Assembly (NCBI GenBank): GCA_963848295.1
Contig: CAWKDB010000002.1
Coordinates: 1,120,001 to 1,184,000 of the forward strand
Length of the DNA: 64,000 bases
DNA from: an uncultured delta proteobacterium
GTDB lineage: Bacteria; Myxococcota_A; Polyangia; Haliangiales; Haliangiaceae
Reading direction: 5' to 3'
Shown: positions 18,760 to 29,374 of the stretch, in pieces
How positions within the stretch are numbered: position 1 is the first letter of the stretch
Layout of the letters: each line of letters starts with the position of its first letter
The notes under the pieces: model-generated
The model's database searches: none
The model's input: the letters and a program-made list of their open reading frames with translations, nothing else
Told to the model about the DNA's origin: nothing
Position numbers and translations under genes: made by a program

Positions 18760-19902
18760 TCAGGCCAGCAAGTAGCGGACGAGAGCACGCACGCGCGGCT
18801 CGAACGTCGCGATCACCGCGAACTCGTCGGGCGTGTGAAACAGCCGGCCGCGCGGGCCGAGGCCGTCGATCGCGGGGACGCCGAGCGCGGCGAGCGTGTT
18901 CGCATCGGAGCCGCCTCCGACGAGCGGCGCCTCGTCGGCTTGCAGGCCCTCGGCGCGCGCCGCGGCGGCGTAGCGCTCGACGAGCGCGGCGGTGCCGGGC
19001 AGAGGCCCGAGCGGCTGCCGGCGCAGGCCGCCTGCGATCGAGAACGTCGCGCCGGTCGCGTCGCTGACCTCCCGCGCGGATCGCTCGATCGCCGCGAGCA
19101 ACGGGTCGGCTTGGGCGGGCTCGGTGATCCGCAGATCGATCTCGCAGCGCGCCTCGGCGGGCACCGTGTTCGCCGCGGTGCCGCCCGCGACCAGACCGAC
19201 GTTGACCGTGACGGTGCCATCGGGCGCGCCGAGCGCCTGCACGCGGTCGATGAACCGAGCGAGCGCCCAGATCGCGTTGATCCCGAGGGCCAGATCGTTG
19301 CCGGCGTGCGCGGGCTTGCCATGCGCGGTCACGACGAGCTTGCCGGTGCCCTTGCGGCGCGTGACGATCGCGTCGGTCATCCGGCCCGCCTCGAACACCA
19401 ACCCGGCGCTCGCGTCGCGCGCGAGCTGCTCGATCACGCGGCGGCCGTCGACCGAGCCGGTCTCCTCGTCGGCGACCGAGATCACGCCGATCGGCAACGC
19501 GGCGAGCGCGCCGGCGTCGGCGAGCGCGGCGAGCGCGGTGCGCACGATCGCCAAGCCGCCTTTCATGTCGAGCACGCCGGGGCCGTAGACGTTGAGGTCA
19601 TCGCGGCGAAAGCCTTCGAACGTGCCGGGCGGGAACACCGTGTCGTGGTGACCGACGAGCGCGGTGCCCGGTCGCGAGCCCCATGCGGTCGTCGTGAAGG
19701 CGAGGTGATCGCCCGACGCCGCGCCGGCAATCCGCTGCGCGGAGACTCCGGGCAACGCGAACGCGCGAGTCAGCTCGTCGGCCATCCGGTTGCAACCCGC
19801 GTGGTTGCCGGTATGCGAGTTGATGTCGACCCACGCCTCGACGAGGTGCCACAGCTCCGGCATCCGGCGCGACACCGCCGCGAGCGCTGCTGCCGTCGTC
19901 AC
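18760..19902 (-). CDS. M20 family metallopeptidase (glutamate carboxypeptidase-like)
   Basis: GHHDTV, GVLDMKGG, DEETGS, FEAG, GGGSDAN, HTPDE. Confidence 0.9.
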   Translation of the reverse strand: MTTAAALAAVSRRMPELWHLVEAWVDINSHTGNHAGCNRMADELTRAFALPGVSAQRIAGAASGDHLAFTTTAWGSRPGTALVGHHDTVFPPGTFEGFRRDDLNVYGPGVLDMKGGLAIVRTALAALADAGALAALPIGVISVADEETGSVDGRRVIEQLARDASAGLVFEAGRMTDAIVTRRKGTGKLVVTAHGKPAHAGNDLALGINAIWALARFIDRVQALGAPDGTVTVNVGLVAGGTAANTVPAEARCEIDLRITEPAQADPLLAAIERSAREVSDATGATFSIAGGLRRQPLGPLPGTAALVERYAAAARAEGLQADEAPLVGGGSDANTLAALGVPAIDGLGPRGRLFHTPDEFAVIATFEPRVRALVRYLLA

Positions 19903-22100
19903 GTCGCGACGCTACCACGCGGTCGCGGCCGAGCCGCGCCAAAGCCCGCGAGCGCCGCGAACACCGCGAGCCCGGCGAGCCCGACGAGCGCGAACGTCGC
20001 GCCCGCGGCCATCCCCGGCACCTTGTAGTGCCAGTGCACGTGATGATCTCCAGCGGGCATCGCGACCGCGCGCCGGATCACGTCGGCGACGATCCACGGC
20101 GCCGGCGCGCCGTCGATGTCGACCGTCCAGCCGGCGGTCGCGGTCGACGACACGACCGCGTAGCCGTCGAGCTGCGACTCGCACTGAAGCTCGATGTCGC
20201 CTGCGGTCCACGCGTCGATCTCGCACGGCAGCGGTGCGCGAGTGCCATCGTGCGGCTCGCCCTGGCCGGCGAGCACGACCGAGCCGCGCGGCACGCTCGT
20301 GCCGCCCCCGATCGGAAACAGCAACGCGAGCGCCGCGGCGTCGTGGCTCGCCCAGCGATAGCCGATCATGACCGAAGCGGCGGGCGCGCGCGGGAGCGTC
20401 ACGAGCGACCACGAGTCATGGCGGCCGAGCTCGGCGAACCCCGACTTACTCTCGACGACCACCCGCGGCAGGATCGCAAGCTCGATCCCATAGCGATCGA
20501 GAAACACGCCCGGCTCGTGCGACGACTCGATCCACATCCGATCGAAGATCGGCGGCCGCGCGGGATCGTCGTAGCGCACCGACGTCAGCCCCCACGGCGA
20601 GCCCGAAGCGCCGGATAACGTCGCCATGGCCTCGTCGAGCGACTCGTCGCGATCGGTCAGCGATGCCGGGCGAAACAGACGGCGCGGCACGTGGGTCGCG
20701 CGGATCGCGAGCGTAGCCCACGCCGGCGGATCGGCGACCTCGGCGCGATCGACGACCGGCGCGACTTGCGGCACGGCGCCGACGCTCGGGGCCGCGACGA
20801 GCGCGAGCACGACGACCGCGAGCTTGCCGGGCGCTCGCCACGCGCAGACCGCCGCGCCGATCATCGCGGCGACGCCGAGTGCGCCGACGAGCAACGCGCG
20901 GTCGAGGCCGTCGGGGATGACCGCGTGGGTCGCGCGCCAGATCGCGAGGGCCGCAACGCCGAGCGCGGTGACCGCGGCGGCGAGCAGCATCGCGATCCGC
21001 GCGCGCCGGTCACCGCGTAACAACGCGTCGATCCCCGACGCTGCGTACGGTGCCGCGATCGCCGCGACGACGCCGAGCTGGAGCTCGGGTGCGCCGCACC
21101 ACGCCGGCCAGCCGGCCGAGCCCCGGCCGATGACGAGCGCGAGCCCGACTCCCGCGATCATCGCGACCGCGATCCGCCGAGGCGCGCGACCGATCGCGGC
21201 GAGCGCGAGCAACGGCGCGCCGATGAACAGCGAAGGCGCCCAGCCGCGGGTGGTCGTCGCGCCACCCGCGACGACGAGCTCGACGATCCGCGCGAGCGGC
21301 ATCGCGTGCACGCGCGCCCCGGTCTCGCCGCCGATGGCGAGGACCGCCGGCAGCCATTGCGCCGCCGCGATCGCTAGTCCGCCGCCGATGGCGACCGCGA
21401 TCGCGCGCCAGGTGGCGGCACGCGCTGCGACGGAACCGCGCCGCGCTTCGGCTGCGAGCGAGCCCCGCCCGTCGAAGTTGCGCGCCGGGGCGGCGACGAG
21501 CACGGCGAGGACGAGGGCGTCGACCAACACGCCGAGCTCGCCGGCGAGCCCGATCGCGCCGATCACGATGCCGAGCAGCGCCGCCGCCCGCGCCCGCTGT
21601 CGCCGATCCGTGGCCCGTGCGAGCCCGAGCGCGAGCGCACCGACCCATGGCACGTGAGCGAGCGCGGGCAAGGCGCCGCGCAGCGTCGCGCTCGCGAGCA
21701 CGCCGGTCGTCACCAGCAAGATGCCGCCGACGAGCGCGCCGGGCTCGCGGGCGCCGAGCCGCCTCGCCCACACCGCGACGCCGAGCGCGGCCCACACCAG
21801 GTGCAGCACGAGCACGAGATCGAGTGCGAACGGCGTCGCGGCGAGCCACGTCGCTGGATAGGCCGCTCCATGACTGGGCTCGGCGACCAGCGGCACACCG
21901 AGCGCCGAACCTTCCCACCACGCGGGCCACGCACCGGCTTGCACCGCCTCGGCCGCCGCGAGCCGCGGCGGCGCGACCTCGGTGTGGTAGCGCACGTCGT
22001 CCCACGTCTTGCCGCCGATCACGATTCGCGCTTGCAGCACGAGCACCGCGATCGCGAGCGCGAGCCCGAGCGCGACCCGTGACGACAAGCGCGGTGACAT
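19899..22100 (-). CDS. YfhO-like multi-pass membrane protein
   Basis: PAWW...GVPLVAEP...YP N-terminus; many TMs; GWTVDIDG...RAVAMPAGDHHV C-terminus. Confidence 0.65.
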   Translation of the reverse strand: MSPRLSSRVALGLALAIAVLVLQARIVIGGKTWDDVRYHTEVAPPRLAAAEAVQAGAWPAWWEGSALGVPLVAEPSHGAAYPATWLAATPFALDLVLVLHLVWAALGVAVWARRLGAREPGALVGGILLVTTGVLASATLRGALPALAHVPWVGALALGLARATDRRQRARAAALLGIVIGAIGLAGELGVLVDALVLAVLVAAPARNFDGRGSLAAEARRGSVAARAATWRAIAVAIGGGLAIAAAQWLPAVLAIGGETGARVHAMPLARIVELVVAGGATTTRGWAPSLFIGAPLLALAAIGRAPRRIAVAMIAGVGLALVIGRGSAGWPAWCGAPELQLGVVAAIAAPYAASGIDALLRGDRRARIAMLLAAAVTALGVAALAIWRATHAVIPDGLDRALLVGALGVAAMIGAAVCAWRAPGKLAVVVLALVAAPSVGAVPQVAPVVDRAEVADPPAWATLAIRATHVPRRLFRPASLTDRDESLDEAMATLSGASGSPWGLTSVRYDDPARPPIFDRMWIESSHEPGVFLDRYGIELAILPRVVVESKSGFAELGRHDSWSLVTLPRAPAASVMIGYRWASHDAAALALLFPIGGGTSVPRGSVVLAGQGEPHDGTRAPLPCEIDAWTAGDIELQCESQLDGYAVVSSTATAGWTVDIDGAPAPWIVADVIRRAVAMPAGDHHVHWHYKVPGMAAGATFALVGLAGLAVFAALAGFGAARPRPRGSVAT

Positions 22101-22149
22101 CGCGGGGATTTACCCGCAAAGCCGGCGCGTGTGCAAAGATGCGGACCCG

Positions 22150-22500
22150 GTGTCGACACGATTTGCTCCCGCGCTGGCCCTGGCGCTCTGCCTCGGCGGG
22201 TGTCACCGCGCCGACGAGGCGGCGTGCCCGATCGTCACCGGCCGGTTCTACGCCCTCGCCCTGCACGACCTCGACGCTTCCAAGGTCGACGACGCGACGC
22301 GGCGCGCGGTCCAAGCGCAGCTACCCGCGATGCGGGATTCGCTCGACGAGATCTGCCGCGCGAGCGGCTGGTCGCCGGCGGTTCGCGCGTGCCTCGCGAA
22401 CGCACCTGATCACGACGCTTTTACGACGTGCGAACAGCAGTTAACCCCCGAGCAGCGTCGCGATCTCGACCGTGCGGCCGCCGGCGCCGCCGCCCGCTGA
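22150..22500 (+). CDS. Small Cys-containing lipoprotein
   Basis: LGGC lipobox; C..GWS..VRACL..C..L helical motif. Confidence 0.6.
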   Translation: MSTRFAPALALALCLGGCHRADEAACPIVTGRFYALALHDLDASKVDDATRRAVQAQLPAMRDSLDEICRASGWSPAVRACLANAPDHDAFTTCEQQLTPEQRRDLDRAAAGAAAR

Positions 22501-22604
22501 CGAGCGGCCCCCAGCCCCGTAAGGCCCGCTCGGCCGGCGTCCTTGCTCCGCCGGACAGCCGACCGATCGATCGGCCTCGCGGCCGTGGTAAACCCCGGCT
22601 GTAA

Positions 22605-22913
22605 ATGGAGATCGATTTTCCGTACGCGCTCTCCGAAGAAGAGGCTCGCTTGCGGCTCGAGGTCCTCGGCAAGTATCTGGTCAGCCGCCACGGCATCAAG
22701 GTGACCTGGCTCGATACCCAGCGCGCGCAGTTCTCGGGCAAGTACCTCGTCGTCAAGATTCATGGCGAGCTGACGATCGGCAACGGTCACGCGCAGTTCA
22801 AAGGCGAGGATCCGGGCTTTCTGTGGCGCAACAAGGCCAAGGACTACATCCACGGCAAGCTCGCGAAGTACCTCGATCCCGCCGCCACGATGGCGACGCT
22901 GCCGACGAGCTGA
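22605..22913 (+). CDS. Polyhydroxyalkanoic acid system protein family (PHA_gran_rgn-like)
   Basis: FPYALSEEEARLRL...HGIKVTW...FSG pattern, 102 aa. Confidence 0.55.
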   Translation: MEIDFPYALSEEEARLRLEVLGKYLVSRHGIKVTWLDTQRAQFSGKYLVVKIHGELTIGNGHAQFKGEDPGFLWRNKAKDYIHGKLAKYLDPAATMATLPTS

Positions 22914-22914
22914 C

Positions 22915-23439
22915 ATGCGCGCCGCGTTCGCGTTCGTCGCGTTGACCGCGGGCGTTGCCGGCGCCGCCCCGATGCCCGGGCCGGCTCGCGAGGTCGGCGA
23001 TCTCGCCAAGCTCGTCGCTGGCAGCTGGAAGTGCAGCGGGACGATCGAGAGGCTCCCGGTCGCCGGCACGATGACGACGAAGCTCGAGGTCGGCGGCGCC
23101 TGGATTCACGAGACGATGACGCTCACCGCGGGCGACCCGAAGACCGGCATGACCGTGACGGCCGAGGGCTTCAACACGTACAGCGCGGCGACCAAGACCT
23201 GGCGGCGGATCGCGGTCGACAGCATGGGCAATCACTACGTCGGAACCGCGCCGGCGACCGCCGACCACAAGTTCGAGTGGGCGATGGAGGTCACGCAGCC
23301 CGCGGGCCCGTCGGTGCTCCAACGAGGTCACACCGATATGTCGAACCCGGCCAAGGGCATCAAGATCGCGATCGACGAGAGCCCGGACCACGGCAAGACG
23401 TGGATCCCCGGGCTGTCGGCTCGCTGCACACGCAATTAG
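22915..23439 (+). CDS. Secreted DUF1579-like beta protein
   Basis: Signal peptide; LVAGSWKCSG...GGAWI...VDSMG...DHGKTW. Confidence 0.6.
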   Translation: MRAAFAFVALTAGVAGAAPMPGPAREVGDLAKLVAGSWKCSGTIERLPVAGTMTTKLEVGGAWIHETMTLTAGDPKTGMTVTAEGFNTYSAATKTWRRIAVDSMGNHYVGTAPATADHKFEWAMEVTQPAGPSVLQRGHTDMSNPAKGIKIAIDESPDHGKTWIPGLSARCTRN

Positions 23440-23698
23440 CGGCAACTAGCGAGCGAGCGAATCGCGCGCGCGACCGCTCGATCGGCGTCGCTCGGCCGCA
23501 ATCCGTTGCGTTCTAACCGGCGCTGCATGCGCTCGATGATGCTCCACAGCGACAGGTCATTCTGAGCCTTCATGTGAATCCTCACGTCCGACAGGCGTTG
23601 CCGATCTAACCGACGCGGCCGAGCTGACATTCCAACGACATCGGATCGCCCCGGCGGTTGCAAGCGCTGGCCCTGTGGTCCGATGTAGGTTCGCCGTC

Positions 23699-24469
23699 GT
23701 GAAGCTCGTCACCTGGAACATCAACTCGGTGCGCGCTCGCCAAGCGCGCCTGATCGCGTGGCTCGAGCGCACCGCGCCGGACGTGATCTGCCTGCAGGAG
23801 ACCAAGGTCGAGGACAGCGGCTTTCCCGTCGACGCGTTGCGCGGCGCGGGCTACGAGGTCGCGCTCTACGGCCAGCGAAGCTACAACGGGGTCGCGATCG
23901 CTTCGCGCCTTCCGTTCACCGATGTCCGCCGCGGGTTCGACGACGGGGGCGAGGCCGATAGCGAGGCTCGCTTGATCGCCGCGATGATCGATGGCATCCG
24001 CGTGATCAGCGTCTACGTCCCGAACGGACAGGATCTCGAGTCTGACAAGTTCGCGTACAAGCTGCGCTGGCTCGGTCGCTTGCGCCGCTACCTCGATCGC
24101 ACCGCCACCCCGACCACGCCGCTGGTCGTGTGCGGCGACTACAACATCACGATCGACGATCGCGACGTCTGGTCGCCGGAAGCCTGGGCCGGCAAGATCC
24201 ATTGCAGCCCGAGCGAGCGGGCCGCTCTCGCCGAGCTCACCGCGTTCCCGCTCGTCGATCTGTTTCGCAAGCATCATCCCGATGGCGGCGCGTACTCGTG
24301 GTGGGACTACCGCGGCGTCTCGCTGTTCAAGAACCAAGGACTCCGCATCGACCACCTGTTCGCGACCCAGCCGGTCGCCGATCGCTGCACGGCCTGCGAG
24401 ATCGATCGCGAGGCGCGCAAAGGCCGAGATGCATCGGACCACGCGCCGGTGATCGCGACGCTGAGCTAA
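23699..24469 (+). CDS. xth: Exodeoxyribonuclease III
   Basis: TWNINSVR, LQETK, YVPNG, GDYN, SWWDYR, RIDH, SDHAP. Confidence 0.95.
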   Translation: MKLVTWNINSVRARQARLIAWLERTAPDVICLQETKVEDSGFPVDALRGAGYEVALYGQRSYNGVAIASRLPFTDVRRGFDDGGEADSEARLIAAMIDGIRVISVYVPNGQDLESDKFAYKLRWLGRLRRYLDRTATPTTPLVVCGDYNITIDDRDVWSPEAWAGKIHCSPSERAALAELTAFPLVDLFRKHHPDGGAYSWWDYRGVSLFKNQGLRIDHLFATQPVADRCTACEIDREARKGRDASDHAPVIATLS

Positions 24470-25329
24470 GCGGCCGGGCGCGCCGGCTGCGGTGCGACGC
24501 GCGACGGAATCCGCGACGGTGCGGGTGATGCGACCGCGATCTCGGGCACGATCGCCGGAGTGCGGCGTTGTGCGAGCAGCCGATATGCAGTGACGAATCG
24601 GCTGACCGCAGTGACGCCAGAGGTCAGGGCGCAGAGCGCGAGCGTCCCGCCGACGATCGGCACGACCGTGCTCGCCGCATCGGGCGCAGCGCCATACCAA
24701 GCAGCGAACAGCGTGCCGCCGGTGACGAGCACGATCCGCTCCGCTCGCTGCATCACGCCGACCTGCATCGCGACGCCGAGCGCTTCGCTGCGCGCGCGCG
24801 TGTAGCTCACCATCATCGATCCGCCGAACGCCGCGATCACCGCGACGAGCCACAGCGAGTCGTGCAGGAACCACGCGTAGCCGATGAACACGAACAGCTC
24901 GCCCCAGCGATCGCTGACCGAGTCGAGTAACGCGCCAGCGGCCGTCTGCTTTCCAGTCAGGCGGGCGAGCCGACCGTCGAGGACATCGAGGATGCCGGCG
25001 AACGCGTACAGCCAGACCGCGATCGCGAGCTGCCCGATCGCGAGGAACGCGCCCGTGGCCGCGCACAGCAACACCGACACCAGCGTGATCGTGTTCGGCG
25101 AGACGCGATCGACGAGCACGCGCTCGATCGGGCGGATCAACCACACGAGGAAGCCGGCGAGGAACGGCCCGAACAACTGGTTATGCTTGACCCCGTCGAG
25201 CTTCGGCGCGCGGCCCGAGATGCACAGCACGGCGTAGGCGATCAGCGCCGCGACGAACATCGCGAGCAACGTGAGCGCGGGTGCTAGGAGATAGAACCTA
25301 TCCACGGGACCTGAGGCGGACTGCCACAT
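24466..25329 (-). CDS. CDP-alcohol phosphatidyltransferase
   Basis: SPNTIT; DVLDGRLAR...GALLDSVSDR; SYTRAR. Confidence 0.9.
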   Translation of the reverse strand: MWQSASGPVDRFYLLAPALTLLAMFVAALIAYAVLCISGRAPKLDGVKHNQLFGPFLAGFLVWLIRPIERVLVDRVSPNTITLVSVLLCAATGAFLAIGQLAIAVWLYAFAGILDVLDGRLARLTGKQTAAGALLDSVSDRWGELFVFIGYAWFLHDSLWLVAVIAAFGGSMMVSYTRARSEALGVAMQVGVMQRAERIVLVTGGTLFAAWYGAAPDAASTVVPIVGGTLALCALTSGVTAVSRFVTAYRLLAQRRTPAIVPEIAVASPAPSRIPSRVAPQPARPAA

Positions 25330-25479
25330 TTGGGTTATCACGCCAAGCGCGACGCGTCCAAGGCGATCGGCCGGCAAGTCGAGGACAAGATCCCGAAACT
25401 GTTGCGAACCGCCTCATGTTTCGTTTGGTGAACGCGAATGTGACCCAGCCGCGACCGCCCATTTGCGTATAGTCGCGCC

Positions 25480-26787
25480 ATGCGCTGGTTTGTCGCCGGA
25501 GGCGTTGCAGCGGCGTTGGTCGCGGTCGCGCCGGCAGCCCGCGGCAATGGCCGGCCGCCGCTCACCAACGGAGTCTACCTCCAGCCCGGCGACGCGCACT
25601 CGATCTACGTGCGCTCGACGTTCGGCCTGCTGATCAGCCACGACGACGGCTGCACGATGCGCTGGGTGTGCGAGAACAACATCGGTTACGCCGGGACGTT
25701 CGATCCGAAGTACGCGATCGGCGGCGACGGCACGATCTTCGCGACGACGTATAGCGGCCTGCGGATCAGCCGCGACGCCGGGTGCAGCTTCACCACCGCT
25801 GCCGGCGGCTTGCCGGCCGACGCGTGGATCGACGCGCTCGATATCGGTCCAGCCGGCGAGATCTGGGTCGGAACATCGACGACCGGCGCGACGAACGACG
25901 TGTTCTCGTCGAACGACAACGGCGTCACGTTCACCTCGCGCGGCATGTTGTCGGCGACGATCTGGTGGAAGAGCGTCAAGGTCGCGCCGTCGAATCCGAT
26001 GCGCGTCTATGTCGCGGGCTATCAGGTCGCCGGCACGCTCGCCGACGGCGGGATGATGCCGCCGACCGGTCACTTCTTCCGCAGCGACGATGATGGCGCG
26101 ACCTGGACCGAGTCGGCGATGGCGGGCGTCGTGTTCGGCGCGATGCCGTACCTGGTCGTCGCCGCGATCGATCCGACCAACCCCGACATCCTCTACGCGA
26201 TCTCGCCGGGCGCGAATCCGCCGGGCGGCGACCAGCTGTATCGCTCGGCCGACGGCGGCACGACGTTCACGTCGGTGCTGTCGACGCCGATGCCGATCAG
26301 CGACGTCGTGATCCGCGACGCGAACACGGTCATCGCCGCAACCGAGAACAGCGGGTCGTTTCAGTCGACGACCGGCGGCACGTCGTTCGCCGCGATGGCC
26401 AACCCGCCGCAGCTCGCCTGCCTCAAGCAGAACAGCGATGGCTCGTTGATCGGCTGCGGGGCGAACTGGACGCCGGACTTCGCGTCGGTCACGAAGTCTC
26501 CCGACGGCGCGGCGTGGACCGATGTCTGGCGGTTCGTCCAGCTCGCCGGCCCGCTCGATTGCCCGGCCGGCACCGCCGAACATGATATCTGCGACCTCCA
26601 GCAGTGGTCGAACTTACAGATGCAGTTCGCGTCGACCGGCCCGACCTGCGGCGCTTATATCGTCGATGCGGTGCCGGTGGACAGCACCCCGAAGAAGAGC
26701 GGCGGTTGCTGCGACGCCGGCGACGCGACCAGCGGCCTCGTGCTCGGCGTGCTCGTGCTCGGGCTCGTCGGCCGGCGGCGACGGTAA
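25480..26787 (+). CDS. Secreted BNR/Asp-box beta-propeller protein with MYXO-CTERM-like tail
   Basis: SxDxGxT(W/F) repeats; C-terminal KKSGGCC...hydrophobic...RRRR. Confidence 0.8.
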   Translation: MRWFVAGGVAAALVAVAPAARGNGRPPLTNGVYLQPGDAHSIYVRSTFGLLISHDDGCTMRWVCENNIGYAGTFDPKYAIGGDGTIFATTYSGLRISRDAGCSFTTAAGGLPADAWIDALDIGPAGEIWVGTSTTGATNDVFSSNDNGVTFTSRGMLSATIWWKSVKVAPSNPMRVYVAGYQVAGTLADGGMMPPTGHFFRSDDDGATWTESAMAGVVFGAMPYLVVAAIDPTNPDILYAISPGANPPGGDQLYRSADGGTTFTSVLSTPMPISDVVIRDANTVIAATENSGSFQSTTGGTSFAAMANPPQLACLKQNSDGSLIGCGANWTPDFASVTKSPDGAAWTDVWRFVQLAGPLDCPAGTAEHDICDLQQWSNLQMQFASTGPTCGAYIVDAVPVDSTPKKSGGCCDAGDATSGLVLGVLVLGLVGRRRR

Positions 26788-26827
26788 GCTTGCGCCGCAG
26801 GCGCGCGACTGGCTACGATCGTTTTTC

Positions 26828-28063
26828 GTGCGCCGCGTTGTCCTCGGTTTGCCGTTCGCCATCGCATGCGCGCATGCGCCCGCACCGGTGGCGGCGCGCG
26901 ATGCTCCGGCGCTCCCGGCGAACCAGACCCGGCACTACACGATCTGGCTCGGCGGCGCGCGGGTCGGCACCGCGACCGAAACCGAGGTGTGGAGCGCCCG
27001 CGGCCTGCGGTTCGAGCGCGAAGAGATCATGCATTTCTTGCGCGGCGAGTCGGAGGTCGAGCTCGCGACCACGATCGACATCGATGCCGACCTCGGCCTC
27101 GTGCCGTCGCGCGTGCGGTGGATCGAGCGCAGCCGCGAGGTCCATGCCGAGGAGGCGATCCGCGTCGAAGGCCACTGGCAGACCAGCACCGGCGCTCGTT
27201 TGCCCGATGACGCCGTGCCCGCCGAGCTCTTGCCGCTGATCGTGCGGCGCGATGGTGCGTTCGCCGGCGCGGTGTTCCTGCCGGCGCGCGACTTCGTCGC
27301 GGGTGCCGGTCGGATCGATCCGGTCGCACCGGGCCGGATGGCCGCCAGGCTCGAGCTCGCAGGCGGATCGCTCGCGATCGCCACGATCGATCTCGACCGC
27401 GACGGCACGCCAGAGCGGGTCGTCGACGGCGAGGGCGTGATCGCGATCCGGGCGAGCGCGACGCAAGCGTCCGCACCCTACCCGGCCGTCGATCTGATCG
27501 CGGCGACCGCCGTCCCGATCTCCGGCGGGGTCCGCCACGGCCGTGCGCTGCACCTCGACGGTGACCTGGCGCTGCCGCCGGTGCCCGGCCAACTCGCGCG
27601 CCCGACCGCGGACGGCATCGTCGTCCAGCTCGGCGTTCACTGGCCAGGCGACCTTCCGCCGGGGCCGCCCGGACCCGATCGCGGGCGCGAGATCACCGCG
27701 CTCGTCGCCGAGATTCGCCATCGCATCGCGCCGGATCTCGGCGCGGGCCCGGCCGACACGCGCGATGCCGCCGCGACCGCCGGCGATTGCACGACGTACG
27801 CGCTCGCGTTCGCCGCGCTCGCGACGAGCCATGCGATCCCGACCCGCGTCGTCACCGGGCTGCGGCTCGACGGCGATCGCCTCGTGCGGCATCGCTGGGC
27901 GGTGAGCTGGACCGGCCGCGCGTGGATCGCGGTCGACGCCGCTTTCGGGGCGGCTCCTGCCGGCGGCGAGCTCGTCGGGCTCGCGATCCACGACGCCGAC
28001 GACGCGGGCCTGGTCTCGGGCGAAGCCGCGCTGACCCACGTCCGCGGCGCGAGCTGGGAGTAG
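26828..28063 (+). CDS. Transglutaminase-like domain lipoprotein
   Basis: AIAC lipobox; GDCTTYA...IPTRVVTG...HRW...WIAVD triad. Confidence 0.75.
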   Translation: MRRVVLGLPFAIACAHAPAPVAARDAPALPANQTRHYTIWLGGARVGTATETEVWSARGLRFEREEIMHFLRGESEVELATTIDIDADLGLVPSRVRWIERSREVHAEEAIRVEGHWQTSTGARLPDDAVPAELLPLIVRRDGAFAGAVFLPARDFVAGAGRIDPVAPGRMAARLELAGGSLAIATIDLDRDGTPERVVDGEGVIAIRASATQASAPYPAVDLIAATAVPISGGVRHGRALHLDGDLALPPVPGQLARPTADGIVVQLGVHWPGDLPPGPPGPDRGREITALVAEIRHRIAPDLGAGPADTRDAAATAGDCTTYALAFAALATSHAIPTRVVTGLRLDGDRLVRHRWAVSWTGRAWIAVDAAFGAAPAGGELVGLAIHDADDAGLVSGEAALTHVRGASWE

Positions 28064-28071
28064 CAAACCGC

Positions 28072-29004
28072 TCAGCCGCCGGCGCGGCACGCCCACAGCG
28101 CGCGCTGCACGGTCGGTTCGTCGAGCCCGTCGCCGATCAGCACGAGCTCGCTGCGCCCGCCGTGCCAAGCGCCCGCGTCGCTCAGCGCGGTGCGAATCCC
28201 GGCACGCTCGACGAAGCCGCGGCGGTCGCCGACGAGCCGGACGAAGCCCTTCGCCCGCACGAGCCGGTCGCCAAGCGCCTCGAGCACCGCGAGCACGCGA
28301 TCGCCGAGCAGCGGCGCGTCGTCGACGAACGACACCGCGACGAGCTGATTGCCGTGGTGATGCGATCCCGCCGCGGCGACGTGATGCCGGAGCGCGCGCT
28401 TCTCGGTGACCCACGCCGTCATCGCGAGGGCGCCGGCATCGTCGCGCGGGAAGCTCGCGCGTTCGGCCGGTAGCGCGTGCGCATCGAGCAGCGCGTGACA
28501 GCGGCGGACCGCATCCGGGGTCGCGATATCGAGCTTCGCGAGCAGCACGCGATCGGCGAACTCGACTTGCTCGCGCGCCTCGTGGCGCCGCGCGATCGCC
28601 TCGCCGCCGCTCTCGGCGTCGACCACGCAGACCACCCCCGCAGGTGCGATCCGATCGCGCACCGCGGCGGGGACCTTGACGAGCCCGTCGAGGATCGCGG
28701 CCGGCTCGGCGATCCCCGTCGTCTCGAGCACGACGCAGTCTGGCTGCGAGCGCGCGACGATGTCGCCGATACCGTCCCAGAGATCGTTCTTGAGATCGAC
28801 GCTACAGCACACGCAGCCGCCGGCGAGCTCGAGGACGTCGTTGCCGCGGCCGATGATCAACTGCGTGTCGATCGAGATCCGGCCGAGCTCGTTGACCAGC
28901 ACCGCGATCTTGCGGCCGTGCGCCGCCGCGAGCATCGCGTTGAGCGCGGTGGTCTTGCCGGCGCCGAGCCAGCCGGTCAGGATCGTGAACGGAACGCGAG
29001 ACAC
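28072..29004 (-). CDS. CobW/COG0523 metallochaperone GTPase
   Basis: GWLGAGKTT, VNELG, GGCVCC, ETTG, RAKG. Confidence 0.92.
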   Translation of the reverse strand: MSRVPFTILTGWLGAGKTTALNAMLAAAHGRKIAVLVNELGRISIDTQLIIGRGNDVLELAGGCVCCSVDLKNDLWDGIGDIVARSQPDCVVLETTGIAEPAAILDGLVKVPAAVRDRIAPAGVVCVVDAESGGEAIARRHEAREQVEFADRVLLAKLDIATPDAVRRCHALLDAHALPAERASFPRDDAGALAMTAWVTEKRALRHHVAAAGSHHHGNQLVAVSFVDDAPLLGDRVLAVLEALGDRLVRAKGFVRLVGDRRGFVERAGIRTALSDAGAWHGGRSELVLIGDGLDEPTVQRALWACRAGG

Positions 29005-29008
29005 CGCG

Positions 29009-29374
29009 CTATCGCTCGAACAGCGCTCGCTCGATCACGTTCGCGAGCACCTCGCGGACGAACGGGCGGACGACGAACGCATCGGGCCCACCCTCCGCGC
29101 CGACGTCGTAGATGTCGATGTACGCCGACGTCATCATCACGATCGGGATCGCCTTCGTCGCCGGATCGGTCTTGAGCCGGCGGCAGACTTCGGCGCCGTC
29201 GATTTTCGGCAGATCACTGTCGAGCAAGATGACCTCGGGCGGCTCGTGACCGACGCGAGCGAGCGCGCTCGCCCCATCGCGCGCGATCTGCACGACGTGA
29301 CCGCGGCCGGACAACACCTTGACGATCAGCCGGACGACGTCTTGCTCGTCATCTATGACCAGGACGCGCGCCAT
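29009..29374 (-). CDS. Single-domain response regulator
   Basis: VLVIDD, ILLD, IPIVMMTS; conserved Lys appears as R (VVRPF). Confidence 0.85.
   Translation of the reverse strand: MARVLVIDDEQDVVRLIVKVLSGRGHVVQIARDGASALARVGHEPPEVILLDSDLPKIDGAEVCRRLKTDPATKAIPIVMMTSAYIDIYDVGAEGGPDAFVVRPFVREVLANVIERALFER

Noticed and set aside
23436..23663. Possible small protein between the DUF1579-like gene and xth
   Set aside because: No motif or clear RBS; cannot be supported from sequence alone.
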